A stretch of 60,554 nucleotides of DNA from Spirochaetales bacterium (lineage in GTDB: Bacteria; Spirochaetota; Spirochaetia; Treponematales; UBA12059): positions 1-60,554 of the forward strand of contig JAFGJV010000054.1 in assembly GCA_016928955.1 (NCBI GenBank), in the 5' to 3' direction. Shown here one piece after another: positions 1 through 8,621 of this stretch. The translations under genes and the position numbers were made by a program. The notes under the pieces were generated by a model. That model saw nothing but the letters and a program-made list of their open reading frames with translations. It ran no database searches and was not told the origin of the DNA. Position 1 is the first letter of the stretch; each line of letters begins with the position of its first letter.

Positions 1-84
1 CCGTTGGCTTCGAGTGAGAAATCAGCACCGAAAAGCGGAAAGTTGAAATCGGTGAAAAGCGGAAAATCTAAATCGGTGTTGACA
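1..84. mobile_element. Terminal region of an IS21-family-like insertion sequence (rest lies upstream of the window)
   Basis: Reverse complement starts TGTCAACACCGATTT. Two tandem 24-bp repeats AAAAGCGGAAAnntnAAATCGGTG (31-54, 55-78) lie just inside the terminal ...TTGACA, the layout typical of IS21-family ends. No transposase in the window. Confidence 0.65.
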
Positions 85-208
85 GATGACTTGAAAAGAG
101 ACGCGTAGACTACAGAAAAAGAATACTAATAGACTGTTAGCTATGCTGTCAGAAAGACATACCGCTTTCTAGTGAACAGCAGATATTGAAAGTAAAAAGT
201 CAATCAAA

Positions 209-835
209 TCAGGATTTTTCTTTAGGGAAAAAATTCTCAATAATTGCAGAAAACAGACTCTCACCAGTTAGGTCAAAGACTCCTACCCCATCGATGCTAA
301 TCGTTGCATGCAAAGACAGTTTTGCTATTTCGGAGAATACACCATCTGGGCTTTGCCCAGAGGAAACAAGTTTAATTGCATCCAGTTGAAGCTTATCAAA
401 GTACGTTTTTGTTTTATCAGAAACATATGCGTCATTAACGTAGATTGTGCAGTTGCTAAATTCATCTATAGTCTCACCCTGAGAATAGTACATGGCTATT
501 TTTAGTAGGTCTTGTGGAACAAATAGAATATATAGATTGGTAAAATTATTCTTACTCCAAAGTTCTGCTCGGATGATGCTCTTTCCTTGGCAGAATTTTA
601 TGGTATTTGAATCTTTAGATTTCTTCAGTATATCAATACAGTTTTCTATCAAGGTTCTTTTGAAACCGTTGTTGATCAAACTGTTCGAACATAGTTCATA
701 GCTCTGATTCCATGTACGATCCTTCAATTCCGCTATTTTTACATTGTACTGCTTTTTCAGCCTGTCTAAGAAGTCAGGTGAGAGGGGTTGATAGTTCACA
801 AATTTCTCCTTCAGTATTTTACAATTATAGTCCAA
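209..835 (-). CDS. Hypothetical protein (208 aa, TTG start uncertain)
   Basis: Long ORF in AT-rich DNA; no recognisable motif. Confidence 0.6.
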   Translation of the reverse strand: MDYNCKILKEKFVNYQPLSPDFLDRLKKQYNVKIAELKDRTWNQSYELCSNSLINNGFKRTLIENCIDILKKSKDSNTIKFCQGKSIIRAELWSKNNFTNLYILFVPQDLLKIAMYYSQGETIDEFSNCTIYVNDAYVSDKTKTYFDKLQLDAIKLVSSGQSPDGVFSEIAKLSLHATISIDGVGVFDLTGESLFSAIIENFFPKEKS

Positions 836-860
836 TAGACTGTATTAGCAAGAGTCTAAA

Positions 861-963
861 TGTCAGCAATGCTTACCTTTCTGACGCTTTGTTTTAATGT
901 GTCAGAAAATATATTTGATTCATTTCTGACACTATGTTATTATTAGACAAGGTTTCTGACACT
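861..963. promoter_or_regulatory. res-like multi-subsite resolvase binding region
   Basis: TGTCAG..CTGAC dyad at 861-885; perfect 10-bp inverted repeat GTGTCAGAAA (899-908)/TTTCTGACAC (923-932); third half-site TTTCTGACACT (953-963); directly upstream of the resolvase. Confidence 0.75.
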
Positions 964-981
964 TGGGGAGGAAGATTAAGA

Positions 982-1554
982 ATGGCAAGACTGGGCTATG
1001 TGCGAGTCTCCACTACTTCTCAATCGACGGATCGGCAGGACGATGCCATGAAGGCTTTGGGAGTGGATAGGCTCTTTGTTGAAAAGCTGAGTGGCAAGAA
1101 TGCCAACCGCCCTGAACTCAAGAAGATGTTGGACTATGTCCGAGAAGGGGATACTGTCGTTGTTTCAGACATTAGTCGCCTTGCTCGCTCTACCCGAGAC
1201 CTACTTTCCATTATTGACCACCTAAACCAGAAGCAGGTGGGGTTTGTGTCCCTCAAGGAGTCTATAGATACCACCAGCCCTCAAGGTCGCTTCATCCTTA
1301 CCCTTTTTGGAGCTTTGGCAGAGTTGGAACGTGAAAACATTCTCTCAAGGCAGAAGGAAGGCATAGAATCAGCCAAGGCGAGGGGTAAAAAGCTAGGGCG
1401 ACCGGCTAAAGAATTTCCCAAAAACTGGGAAGCGATCTATACTAAGTGGAAAGATGGGCAGATCAGCCCTACTGATGCGGCTAAGGAACTGAAGCTAAAA
1501 CGACCTACTTTTTATCTGATGGTGAAGAGGTGGGAGCGAATTGCTGTAATCTGA
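982..1554 (+). CDS. Serine recombinase, resolvase/invertase family
   Basis: GYVRVST catalytic Ser motif, RLARS, LFGALAELERE, GRP linker and C-terminal HTH; GGAGG RBS before ATG 982. Confidence 0.95.
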   Translation: MARLGYVRVSTTSQSTDRQDDAMKALGVDRLFVEKLSGKNANRPELKKMLDYVREGDTVVVSDISRLARSTRDLLSIIDHLNQKQVGFVSLKESIDTTSPQGRFILTLFGALAELERENILSRQKEGIESAKARGKKLGRPAKEFPKNWEAIYTKWKDGQISPTDAAKELKLKRPTFYLMVKRWERIAVI

Positions 1555-1577
1555 AAACTTCTGTAAAAGGACTCAAA

Positions 1578-3920
1578 ATGCATGACGTATCTCCTAAAGG
1601 ATTTTATGCTTATCCTTCATACCCTGCTCACCTTGATGAGACCATCAATGAGGCGATAAAAAAAATTGCAAAAAGAGGTGTTATCATTGAACCATGGAGA
1701 GCAGTTTCGCCTACGGGGCAGGTGGTTATTCAGAAAATATTAGAAAGAATTGATAAGGCAGATTTCTTCTGCTGTGATATTACGGGCTTAAATCCGAATG
1801 TAATGTTTGAGCTTGGATATGCTATATCTAAAGGGAAGAGAATTTGGATCACTATAAACACTCAAAATAAAAAGAACTTAGATTTGGTAAAAGAATTTGA
1901 TTGGTTGTCCTCAATTGGCTATTTAGGTTATGTAAATGATGATGAAATTGTCACTGCGTTTCTAGCCGAAGCTCCTCATCACGACCTTCATCACAATATT
2001 CTCGATGACCTGAAAGGGCTGATGGAAGAGTTGATGCAAGGTGAAAAAGTGCATGAAATTGTTTACTATAAATCCATAGTTGATAATACTTCATCAAGAA
2101 AGCTTACGAAATTCTTGGAATCTTTGAAACGAAAGATGGTTATTGTTGACATATTTGAAGATAGCTATCAGCCATTGAGCAATGCAATCCTCAATGTTCT
2201 GCGAGCTAAAATATGTATCTGTCATCTTTCAAATGATGAATCAGGTGACAAACTTCTAGCAAATGCAAAATATTCCGCTTTTGCTGGAATGGCACATGGC
2301 TTTGCTGTAAAAACATTACTTGTAGCACAAGAGCCATTTTCATCTCCATTCGATTACAAAGATATGTTAATTCGGTTTGATACTGCGGCAAATTTAGAAA
2401 AGAATGTTAAAAACTGGTTGTATCCAATTCTTGCAATTGGTACAGTGACTTCAAAACAGCCGATAGCTCGCAAAGATACTTCCCTTACTTTGATACGATT
2501 CGTGCTTGGTGATGGTCAAGCAGAACATGAAGAAGATGAGCTGGATAATTATTTTATAGAAACAAGTAGTTATCATATGGCATTAAGTTCAAACATAGGC
2601 GTTTTTGTTGGTAGAAAGGGTGCAGGTAAAACCGCTAATCTCTATCAGATACGAAACAAGTTGCTAAGTGAAAAAAGTAATCTAGTTGTACTTATTAAAC
2701 CAGTCTCATTTAAGCTTGAAACGTATGTAAAAGTTGTAACTGAGTTCTTCCCTGATTTAGATATACAGTCGGAGTTAACAGAACGGATTTGGGAGTTTAT
2801 AACTTATACGGCAATCGCATTTGAGCTATATCAAGATTTAACATTACGAAATAAAAAAATGGAATATACGCATGATGAACATGAATTTATGAAGTTTGTT
2901 AATGATAATAATGATATGATTACAGCAGATTTTGGAGAGAAACTTGACTTCATCTATGATCATGCAAAGAAACTTAAAGAAGCCGAAAGTCCCCCCAAAA
3001 AAATACTGCAAGAGATATTTCAGCTGTATCTGACTTCATTAAGAAATATGCTTAGAGGTTTGTTGAAGCAAAAAGGCAAGATTGCAATACTTGTTGATAA
3101 TTTGGATAAGGCTTGGGATTTTGGTAAAAATATAAATCTTCAATGTAAAATAATTTATGGACTAATAGGTTTTCATAATACTCTGATAAAAAATCTAGAT
3201 CATGGAAAAGCTTCTCTCAAACTATTAATATTTCTTAGAGAAGATATTTTCGATTATGTTTTAGAGAACGCAAGAGAGCCAGATAAGATTAAACTTAATA
3301 CTCATACAATTGAATGGGATGATAAAGATTTGCTGATGAGAGTTGTAGTCGAAAGATTTATTGCTTGCGACGACAATCTTGATGAAGATTCTGTTTGGAA
3401 TACTCTATTCTGTGAGGCGATAGATGGTGTAGACACCAAGACATATTTATACTCACATATAATTCCTCGACCAAGAGATTTAATATATTTGGTTCAGGCA
3501 TCAATAAATGAAAGTATTAATCACCAGCATGAGATAATAGAAGCTGGTGATATACAACTGGCACTTAGAAAATACTATGAGTTTATTGTTGCTAATACTA
3601 TAACAGAGTATAAGTTGTTTTGTCCAAGAATAAAAGAATTGTTGCATAGCTTCTATGCGTCTCCTGAGTATTTTGGAATTAAGCATATTGCACAAAGAGT
3701 TAAAAAGTACGCAAATTCTAAGGAGGAAGAAGAAAAATACACGAAAATGTTATTCTCTGTCTCTCTATTGGGATTAAGGGAAGGGGATTCAATCAAGTTT
3801 GCTTTTAGACATACGGATGTGGAGTTGTTATATAACCAGTATTCATTTTATTCGAAGAAAATCCTTCCACAAAAGATTCAGTTCTCACTACATCCTGCGT
3901 TTGCAATTGGCTTGAGATGA
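1578..3920 (+). CDS. NDT/TIR-like effector domain(s) fused to a P-loop ATPase (resembles Sll1717-family ATPases); putative defence protein
   Basis: N-terminal DITGLNPNVMFELGYAISKGK (nucleoside 2-deoxyribosyltransferase/TIR-like), Walker A GRKGAGKT, Walker B ILVDNLD, FLREDIF and PRPRDLI motifs; AAGGA RBS before ATG 1578. Confidence 0.75.
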   Translation: MHDVSPKGFYAYPSYPAHLDETINEAIKKIAKRGVIIEPWRAVSPTGQVVIQKILERIDKADFFCCDITGLNPNVMFELGYAISKGKRIWITINTQNKKNLDLVKEFDWLSSIGYLGYVNDDEIVTAFLAEAPHHDLHHNILDDLKGLMEELMQGEKVHEIVYYKSIVDNTSSRKLTKFLESLKRKMVIVDIFEDSYQPLSNAILNVLRAKICICHLSNDESGDKLLANAKYSAFAGMAHGFAVKTLLVAQEPFSSPFDYKDMLIRFDTAANLEKNVKNWLYPILAIGTVTSKQPIARKDTSLTLIRFVLGDGQAEHEEDELDNYFIETSSYHMALSSNIGVFVGRKGAGKTANLYQIRNKLLSEKSNLVVLIKPVSFKLETYVKVVTEFFPDLDIQSELTERIWEFITYTAIAFELYQDLTLRNKKMEYTHDEHEFMKFVNDNNDMITADFGEKLDFIYDHAKKLKEAESPPKKILQEIFQLYLTSLRNMLRGLLKQKGKIAILVDNLDKAWDFGKNINLQCKIIYGLIGFHNTLIKNLDHGKASLKLLIFLREDIFDYVLENAREPDKIKLNTHTIEWDDKDLLMRVVVERFIACDDNLDEDSVWNTLFCEAIDGVDTKTYLYSHIIPRPRDLIYLVQASINESINHQHEIIEAGDIQLALRKYYEFIVANTITEYKLFCPRIKELLHSFYASPEYFGIKHIAQRVKKYANSKEEEEKYTKMLFSVSLLGLREGDSIKFAFRHTDVELLYNQYSFYSKKILPQKIQFSLHPAFAIGLR

Positions 3921-3962
3921 TTTCCTGTTATTGGATAGCTCAAGAGGGGGCATCGTAGATTT

Positions 3963-3988
3963 AAAAGGGCGGGTTTGTGCCCGCCTTC
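3963..3988 (-). terminator. Intrinsic terminator between convergent genes
   Basis: GGCGGG/CCCGCC stem (3968-3985) followed by a T-tract on the minus strand. Confidence 0.6.
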
Positions 3989-3991
3989 TGC

Positions 3992-4303
3992 CTACTTCTT
4001 GCCCCGCTTCTTCGTAGGGGTCTCAAATGATGGTTCGGCGTTCAGCATTGAGAGGTAGTTCGGTTTTACCTCGACCTTTGCCTTCGCCGGTCTTCCTCGC
4101 TTCTTAGGTTCGCCGGTTGCAGAAGCCTTCTTGGCGACTGGCTTCTTAGCGGCAGGAGTAGGGGTAGTAGAAGAAACCTTAGAGGCTTCGGCGGCTACAA
4201 GAGCGGAGAGGTCGGCAATCTCTTGGGCAAGTTTCTCGGATTTAACTTTGAGGGCTTCGAGTTTCTTGGAGATGGGAAGAAGAGGATTGGCTGGCTTGGG
4301 CAT
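3992..4303 (-). CDS. Small basic histone-like protein (coiled coil + AT-hook)
   Basis: K/A/P-rich, N-terminal heptad helix, KKRGRPAK AT-hook-like motif; GAGG RBS. Confidence 0.7.
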   Translation of the reverse strand: MPKPANPLLPISKKLEALKVKSEKLAQEIADLSALVAAEASKVSSTTPTPAAKKPVAKKASATGEPKKRGRPAKAKVEVKPNYLSMLNAEPSFETPTKKRGKK

Positions 4304-4386
4304 AAATAAACCTCGACGATTAGGATGATACGAGTATGTAACACCTTGATTTGTGATGCAAGCCGATTTTCGAAAAGGAGGCTGTC

Positions 4387-4767
4387 ATGTATCGAAGGCT
4401 TATATCAGTAAAGGAAGCGGCGGAACTATTAAACCTTTCTAAAAGTACCATATATAAGATGGTTAAAGAGAGGCGACTTGAGTTTAGGAAATTAGGCAGT
4501 AGAGTGCTTTTTGACCCCGAAGCTCTTGGAATCCAAGAAAAGTCAGATGAAAAAGTGAATGACTTTGATCCAAAAAAACAAAAACCAGAGATAAAGCCCA
4601 AATTCGAGACCATCCCTGAAGACCTAATCCCAGAGCTTGAAAGGGCATTCAAGTTTGTACCTGCTTTCAGAGAGGTCGGTTTTAAGGTAGTATTTCATGA
4701 AGGTCAGCCTGTAAGGATTGAAACTATGACTTCGGTTTCAAGGCAGGTGAAGTCTAAAGTGCGGTAA
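4387..4767 (+). CDS. Excisionase-like HTH (HTH_17/MerR-like) DNA-binding protein with C-terminal extension
   Basis: LISVKEAAELLNLSKSTIYKMVKE..RKLGSRVLF pattern; AAGGAGG RBS. Confidence 0.85.
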   Translation: MYRRLISVKEAAELLNLSKSTIYKMVKERRLEFRKLGSRVLFDPEALGIQEKSDEKVNDFDPKKQKPEIKPKFETIPEDLIPELERAFKFVPAFREVGFKVVFHEGQPVRIETMTSVSRQVKSKVR

Positions 4768-5001
4768 GCTGAATGATGAAGAGGTCTTGATTATATCATT
4801 TACCTTTCAGCACACTCACTACTACCTGCTCCTGACCACTGATGGGAAGAGCTTATTAGCATTGCTTGTACTGTTTGATGACTCTACATTTATTCTGAAA
4901 ATTGACCAAAAATATCAAATATTAAACTATACTAATTACATACTGGGTAGAATAAAATATTGGGAGTAACTTATTAACTTACTGTCAGAGGGGAATCGCT
5001 T

Positions 5002-5418
5002 ATGAAATCTTATACAAAGGAACTATGGTTCGAAACACAAGAAAGATATGAATTTATAAATATAACTGATCAGTTAGCCACCATATTGAATGAGTCCATG
5101 ATTCAAGAGGGCATTCTGTTATGCAATGCCATGCACATTACTTCATCAGTTTTTATAAATGATGATGAGAAGGGGCTTCATAAGGATTTTCTTGATTGGC
5201 TTGAAAAAATCGCTCCACATGAACCAGTATCAAGTTATAGACATAATGTTGGTGAAGATAATGCTGATGCTCACATCAAGCGGCAGATATTTGGGAGAGA
5301 AGTCGTTATTGCCATAACTAAAGGACAAATGCACTTTGGTCCTTGGGAACAGGTGTTTTATGGTGAGTTCGATGGTCGTCGTCGAAAGAGAATCTTGGTA
5401 AAAATTGTAGGAGAATAG
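5002..5418 (+). CDS. yjbQ: YjbQ/UPF0047 family protein (secondary thiamine-phosphate synthase), complete island-borne copy
   Basis: [39 protein letters not shown] motifs; AT-rich codons; GAGGGG RBS. Confidence 0.92.
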   Translation: MKSYTKELWFETQERYEFINITDQLATILNESMIQEGILLCNAMHITSSVFINDDEKGLHKDFLDWLEKIAPHEPVSSYRHNVGEDNADAHIKRQIFGREVVIAITKGQMHFGPWEQVFYGEFDGRRRKRILVKIVGE

Positions 5419-5492
5419 GTTGAAGACTATCCAAAACCATGCTAAGTATATATACTATAAAGTAATAAAGATTATGTATGATATTGTTCAAA

Positions 5493-5782
5493 CCATGCAC
5501 ATCACGGCCAGCGTGTTCATCAACGACGCCGAGTCGGGACTGCACGCGGATTTTGCGCAGTGGCTGGAACGCATGGCGCCCCACGAGCCTAAGTCCGCGT
5601 ACCGGCATAACGTGGGAGAGGACAACGCGGACGCCCATATCAAGCGGCAGATTTTTGGCCGGGAGACCGTGGTGGCCATTACCGACGGACGGCTACACTT
5701 TGGGCCATGGGAGCGGATTTTTTACGGAGAGTTCGACGGCCGGCGCCGGAAGCGTGTCCTGGTCAAGATACTCGGCGACTAG
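5493..5782 (+). pseudogene. yjbQ: 3' part of the host yjbQ, separated from its 5' part by the island
   Basis: GC-rich frame starting at CCATGCACAT (MHIT...), 75/95 residues identical to the upstream copy by manual count; lacks the first ~43 residues. Confidence 0.88.
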
Positions 5783-5823
5783 CGGGGCATCCCCGGCTGA
5801 GGATGTCCCGCTCGCCGCCACGC

Positions 5824-7059
5824 TCAGATAACGAAGTTGCCAGCGCGGAAAACGGGCGTCACGGCGCCGGACGCGTCCACCCCGTCTATACTGAGGTCCG
5901 GGCTGCCGACCATAAAGTCCACGTGTACCAGGGAGTCGTTGGCTCCGGCCGCCGCCAGCTCTTCCTTGCTCATGTCCGGGCCGCCTTTGACGCAGGTGGG
6001 GTAGGCCTTGCCCAGGGCAAAGTGGCAGGATGCGTTCTCGTCGAACAGGGTGTTGTAAAACAAGATGCGCTGGTTGCTGATGGGCGAATCGTGTGGTACC
6101 AGGGCCACCTCTCCGAGTCGCCTGGCCCCGCCGTCGGTTTCCATCAGTTCCTTGAGCACGGACAAGCCTTCCTCGGCGCCGTAGTCAACCACCAGGCCGT
6201 CCTTGAACTGGAACCAGAATTTGTTAATCAGGTTGCCGTTGTGGCTCAGAGGCATGGAGCTGACCACCTTGCCGTTGGCCCCGGCAGAGTGCGGCATGGT
6301 AAAGACTTCTTCTGTGGGCATGTTGGCCACGAACACGTATCCGTTCGGGTGCGGGTCGCCGCCGCCGAACCACAGGTGGTCCTTGGGCAGTTTCACACTG
6401 AGCTCCGTGCCCAAAGCGTTGCTGTAGCGCAGTTCAGAGAACTGTTTTGTGTTGAGGAAGTCCAGACGTTTGTTCAAGGCTGCCTGGTGGTCGCGCCACG
6501 CATGTACGGGGTCGTCTTCCGTAACGCGCACCGCCGAGAAGATCGAGCTCCACAGCAGGGCCATGGCATCCGCATCCGGCTTGCCGGGAAACACCTTGCG
6601 CGCCCAGGCGATTGACGGCACGGAGCCAACGCACCAGGAATTCTGGTTGCTCATCTGGCGATTGCGGAAATACTCAAGAGCCGAACTGCGCGCCTTGACC
6701 TGGCGGCTCATGCGCTTAGGGTCCGCGCCCTTCATGATCTCTGGGTCGCTGGCGACTATGGACAGGAAGGCTGCGCCGTCCTTGGAGTAGCCGTTGAAAA
6801 AAGCCTTGCCCCATTCGGGGAACTCGTCAAACACGGCGTCGTCTGCCATGTCCAAAGTCAGGCGCGACACACGTTCGTCTATCCAGCGCATGACCACTTC
6901 TCTGGCACCCGCCTTGTATGCCTCCTCCACCAAACGGTGCGCGAACTCGGCGCACTCCACAGGGCAGGCAAGCACCAAAGTCTGGCCCTTCTGTACATTG
7001 ACGCCGACGCGCACCAGCAGTTCGGCGTACAGTCGCTCGTTCTCGCTCTGGCTTCTCAT
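5824..7059 (-). CDS. Aminopeptidase, M29 family (AmpS/PepS-like)
   Basis: ANMPTEEVFT, GEVALV, LFDENASCHFALG, SLVHVDFM motifs. Confidence 0.93.
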   Translation of the reverse strand: MRSQSENERLYAELLVRVGVNVQKGQTLVLACPVECAEFAHRLVEEAYKAGAREVVMRWIDERVSRLTLDMADDAVFDEFPEWGKAFFNGYSKDGAAFLSIVASDPEIMKGADPKRMSRQVKARSSALEYFRNRQMSNQNSWCVGSVPSIAWARKVFPGKPDADAMALLWSSIFSAVRVTEDDPVHAWRDHQAALNKRLDFLNTKQFSELRYSNALGTELSVKLPKDHLWFGGGDPHPNGYVFVANMPTEEVFTMPHSAGANGKVVSSMPLSHNGNLINKFWFQFKDGLVVDYGAEEGLSVLKELMETDGGARRLGEVALVPHDSPISNQRILFYNTLFDENASCHFALGKAYPTCVKGGPDMSKEELAAAGANDSLVHVDFMVGSPDLSIDGVDASGAVTPVFRAGNFVI

Positions 7060-7186
7060 GCAATCCTCCCTTTATGCGCGCCGCACAGGCGCCGTGCAAG
7101 AATACCACGGAGGCTCTCTTGCCGTCCACGCGCGATTGTGACGATGAGGCCGTGTAGGCTGCGCCCGGCGTGCCTGCGCCAAGGCA

Positions 7187-8470
7187 CTACCGACTTTTTT
7201 CCGCGCTTCCTTGGCTGGCCCCGGAGGACGTTCTGCGCTCGGCTGCGGACAGGCCCAGGACGCCAACACTGGCCAGGAAAGCGACGGCGCCGACTATCAG
7301 CCAGGTTGCCGGTATGCCGAAGGAATCCACCGTCAGTCCCGACACGGGCGTGGCAAGGGCCCAGCCCAGGCCCCATATAAACGGCAGAACGGCGTTGAAC
7401 CTGGCCCGATGCGACAGCGGCGTGTGATTGGCCACGTACACTTCGGAATTCGTGGCGTTGAGTATCTCGCCCAAGGTCCACAGGAACGTGGACAGATAGA
7501 ACATCCAGGGCGTGCGGGCGAACGCCAGCATGCCAAAGCCCACCGCGAACAAAAACCCGGACAGCGCGGTGTTGACCAGCGGTCCAAAGCGGCGGAACAG
7601 GGCAACGGCCGGCACGTTCAGGACAACCACCAGGGCCGCGTTCGTGGTCATGAGCAGGCCGTACAGCACGTCTCCAGAAGAGCCGAACAAACCGGCCGTC
7701 TGCAGGGGCAACAGGAAACGGTGCTGGGCGTACGCAAAGCTGAGCCAGGTGCTGATGGCCACGTAGGCCAGGAGGAGCGGACGCGACAGGAGGGCCTTGA
7801 TGACGCCACCGCGCTCAGCCCGTTCAGACGATGTGCTTTCATAGCTGGCGGCTATCTGGGCCTGGCTTGGCTTCGTTTCCGGAACAAGGACAAGCACGAG
7901 CACCGAGGCAAGCCCGGCCGCCAGGGCATTGCCCCAGAAAAGCCACTGCGGAGCAACGTTAAAGAGGAAACCGGCTATTAGAGGTCCGGCGGCAAAGCCA
8001 AGGTTGTGTCCCAGATAGAGCAGTGAGTACGCGGTTTGCCTGTTCTCCGGCGTCGTCAGATCCATGTTCATGGCTGCCCTGGCCGGGTCCGTGATGCCGT
8101 CGAAGAGGAGCGACACGACGATGAAGGGAATGATAGCCGGCGAAGCTGGCATGAAGCCGCAGGGTATAAGGGCTCCTACGGAAATGATCTGGGTGGCCAG
8201 CATGACGGTTTTCCTGCCAAAGCGGTCAGCCAGCTTGCCGCCTATGAGTCCGCCCGGCAGATAGGCCAACGACAACAGCATGATGACAGCGCCCGCCTCC
8301 GACGCGGACATGCCGAGGTTTTTGGTCAGGATGCGCGTCATGAAAGGAAAGACGAATATGCCAACGCCGTTGACCAACGTGGCCATGAAGATGATGTATA
8401 TGCCGCGCGGGAGCTCCAGGTAGGGCCGGAGGGCTCGCGCAAGGCGATTGTCGGTCGGTGGCTTCATCAT
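7187..8470 (-). CDS. MFS transporter
   Basis: GGKLADRFGRK motif A and multiple TM helices. Start set at ATG 8470 (GGAG RBS), not the 9049 of the ORF track. Confidence 0.9.
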   Translation of the reverse strand: MMKPPTDNRLARALRPYLELPRGIYIIFMATLVNGVGIFVFPFMTRILTKNLGMSASEAGAVIMLLSLAYLPGGLIGGKLADRFGRKTVMLATQIISVGALIPCGFMPASPAIIPFIVVSLLFDGITDPARAAMNMDLTTPENRQTAYSLLYLGHNLGFAAGPLIAGFLFNVAPQWLFWGNALAAGLASVLVLVLVPETKPSQAQIAASYESTSSERAERGGVIKALLSRPLLLAYVAISTWLSFAYAQHRFLLPLQTAGLFGSSGDVLYGLLMTTNAALVVVLNVPAVALFRRFGPLVNTALSGFLFAVGFGMLAFARTPWMFYLSTFLWTLGEILNATNSEVYVANHTPLSHRARFNAVLPFIWGLGWALATPVSGLTVDSFGIPATWLIVGAVAFLASVGVLGLSAAERRTSSGASQGSAEKSR

Positions 8471-8621
8471 GCTGCTCCGGGCACAGGCTAGCATAACGGC
8501 CGCGTGCGGCATAGGAGTCCGGGGAATACTTGTCGTTTGTAAGGAAAAAGTACCACGCATCGCCCGCCAGGTGATACTTCGTTGCCTTGCGGGCCACCGG
8601 CATTGGACGTACACTGGACCT

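Larger units (their letters stand above)
1..5492. mobile_element. Right part of an AT-rich integrated element / genomic island inserted in yjbQ
   Basis: Clearly AT-rich relative to the GC-rich remainder, with an abrupt switch at about 5493 where a 5'-truncated host yjbQ begins. Contains resolvase, Xis-like HTH and an IS end. Confidence 0.85.

Noticed and set aside
126..185. Integron attC site after ORF 209-835
   Set aside because: A hairpin and GTTAGCT are present, but RYYYAAC/GTTRRRY boxes are not in the required order around the stem and no IntI is visible.
4787..4969. 60-aa ORF in the island
   Set aside because: TTG start, no RBS or motif; more likely promoter/intergenic DNA for yjbQ.
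5420..5494. N-terminal part of the 120-aa ORF 5420-5782 as a real second yjbQ
   Set aside because: First 25 codons are AT-rich junction DNA unrelated to YjbQ and lack an RBS; treated as a chance open frame fused to the remnant.
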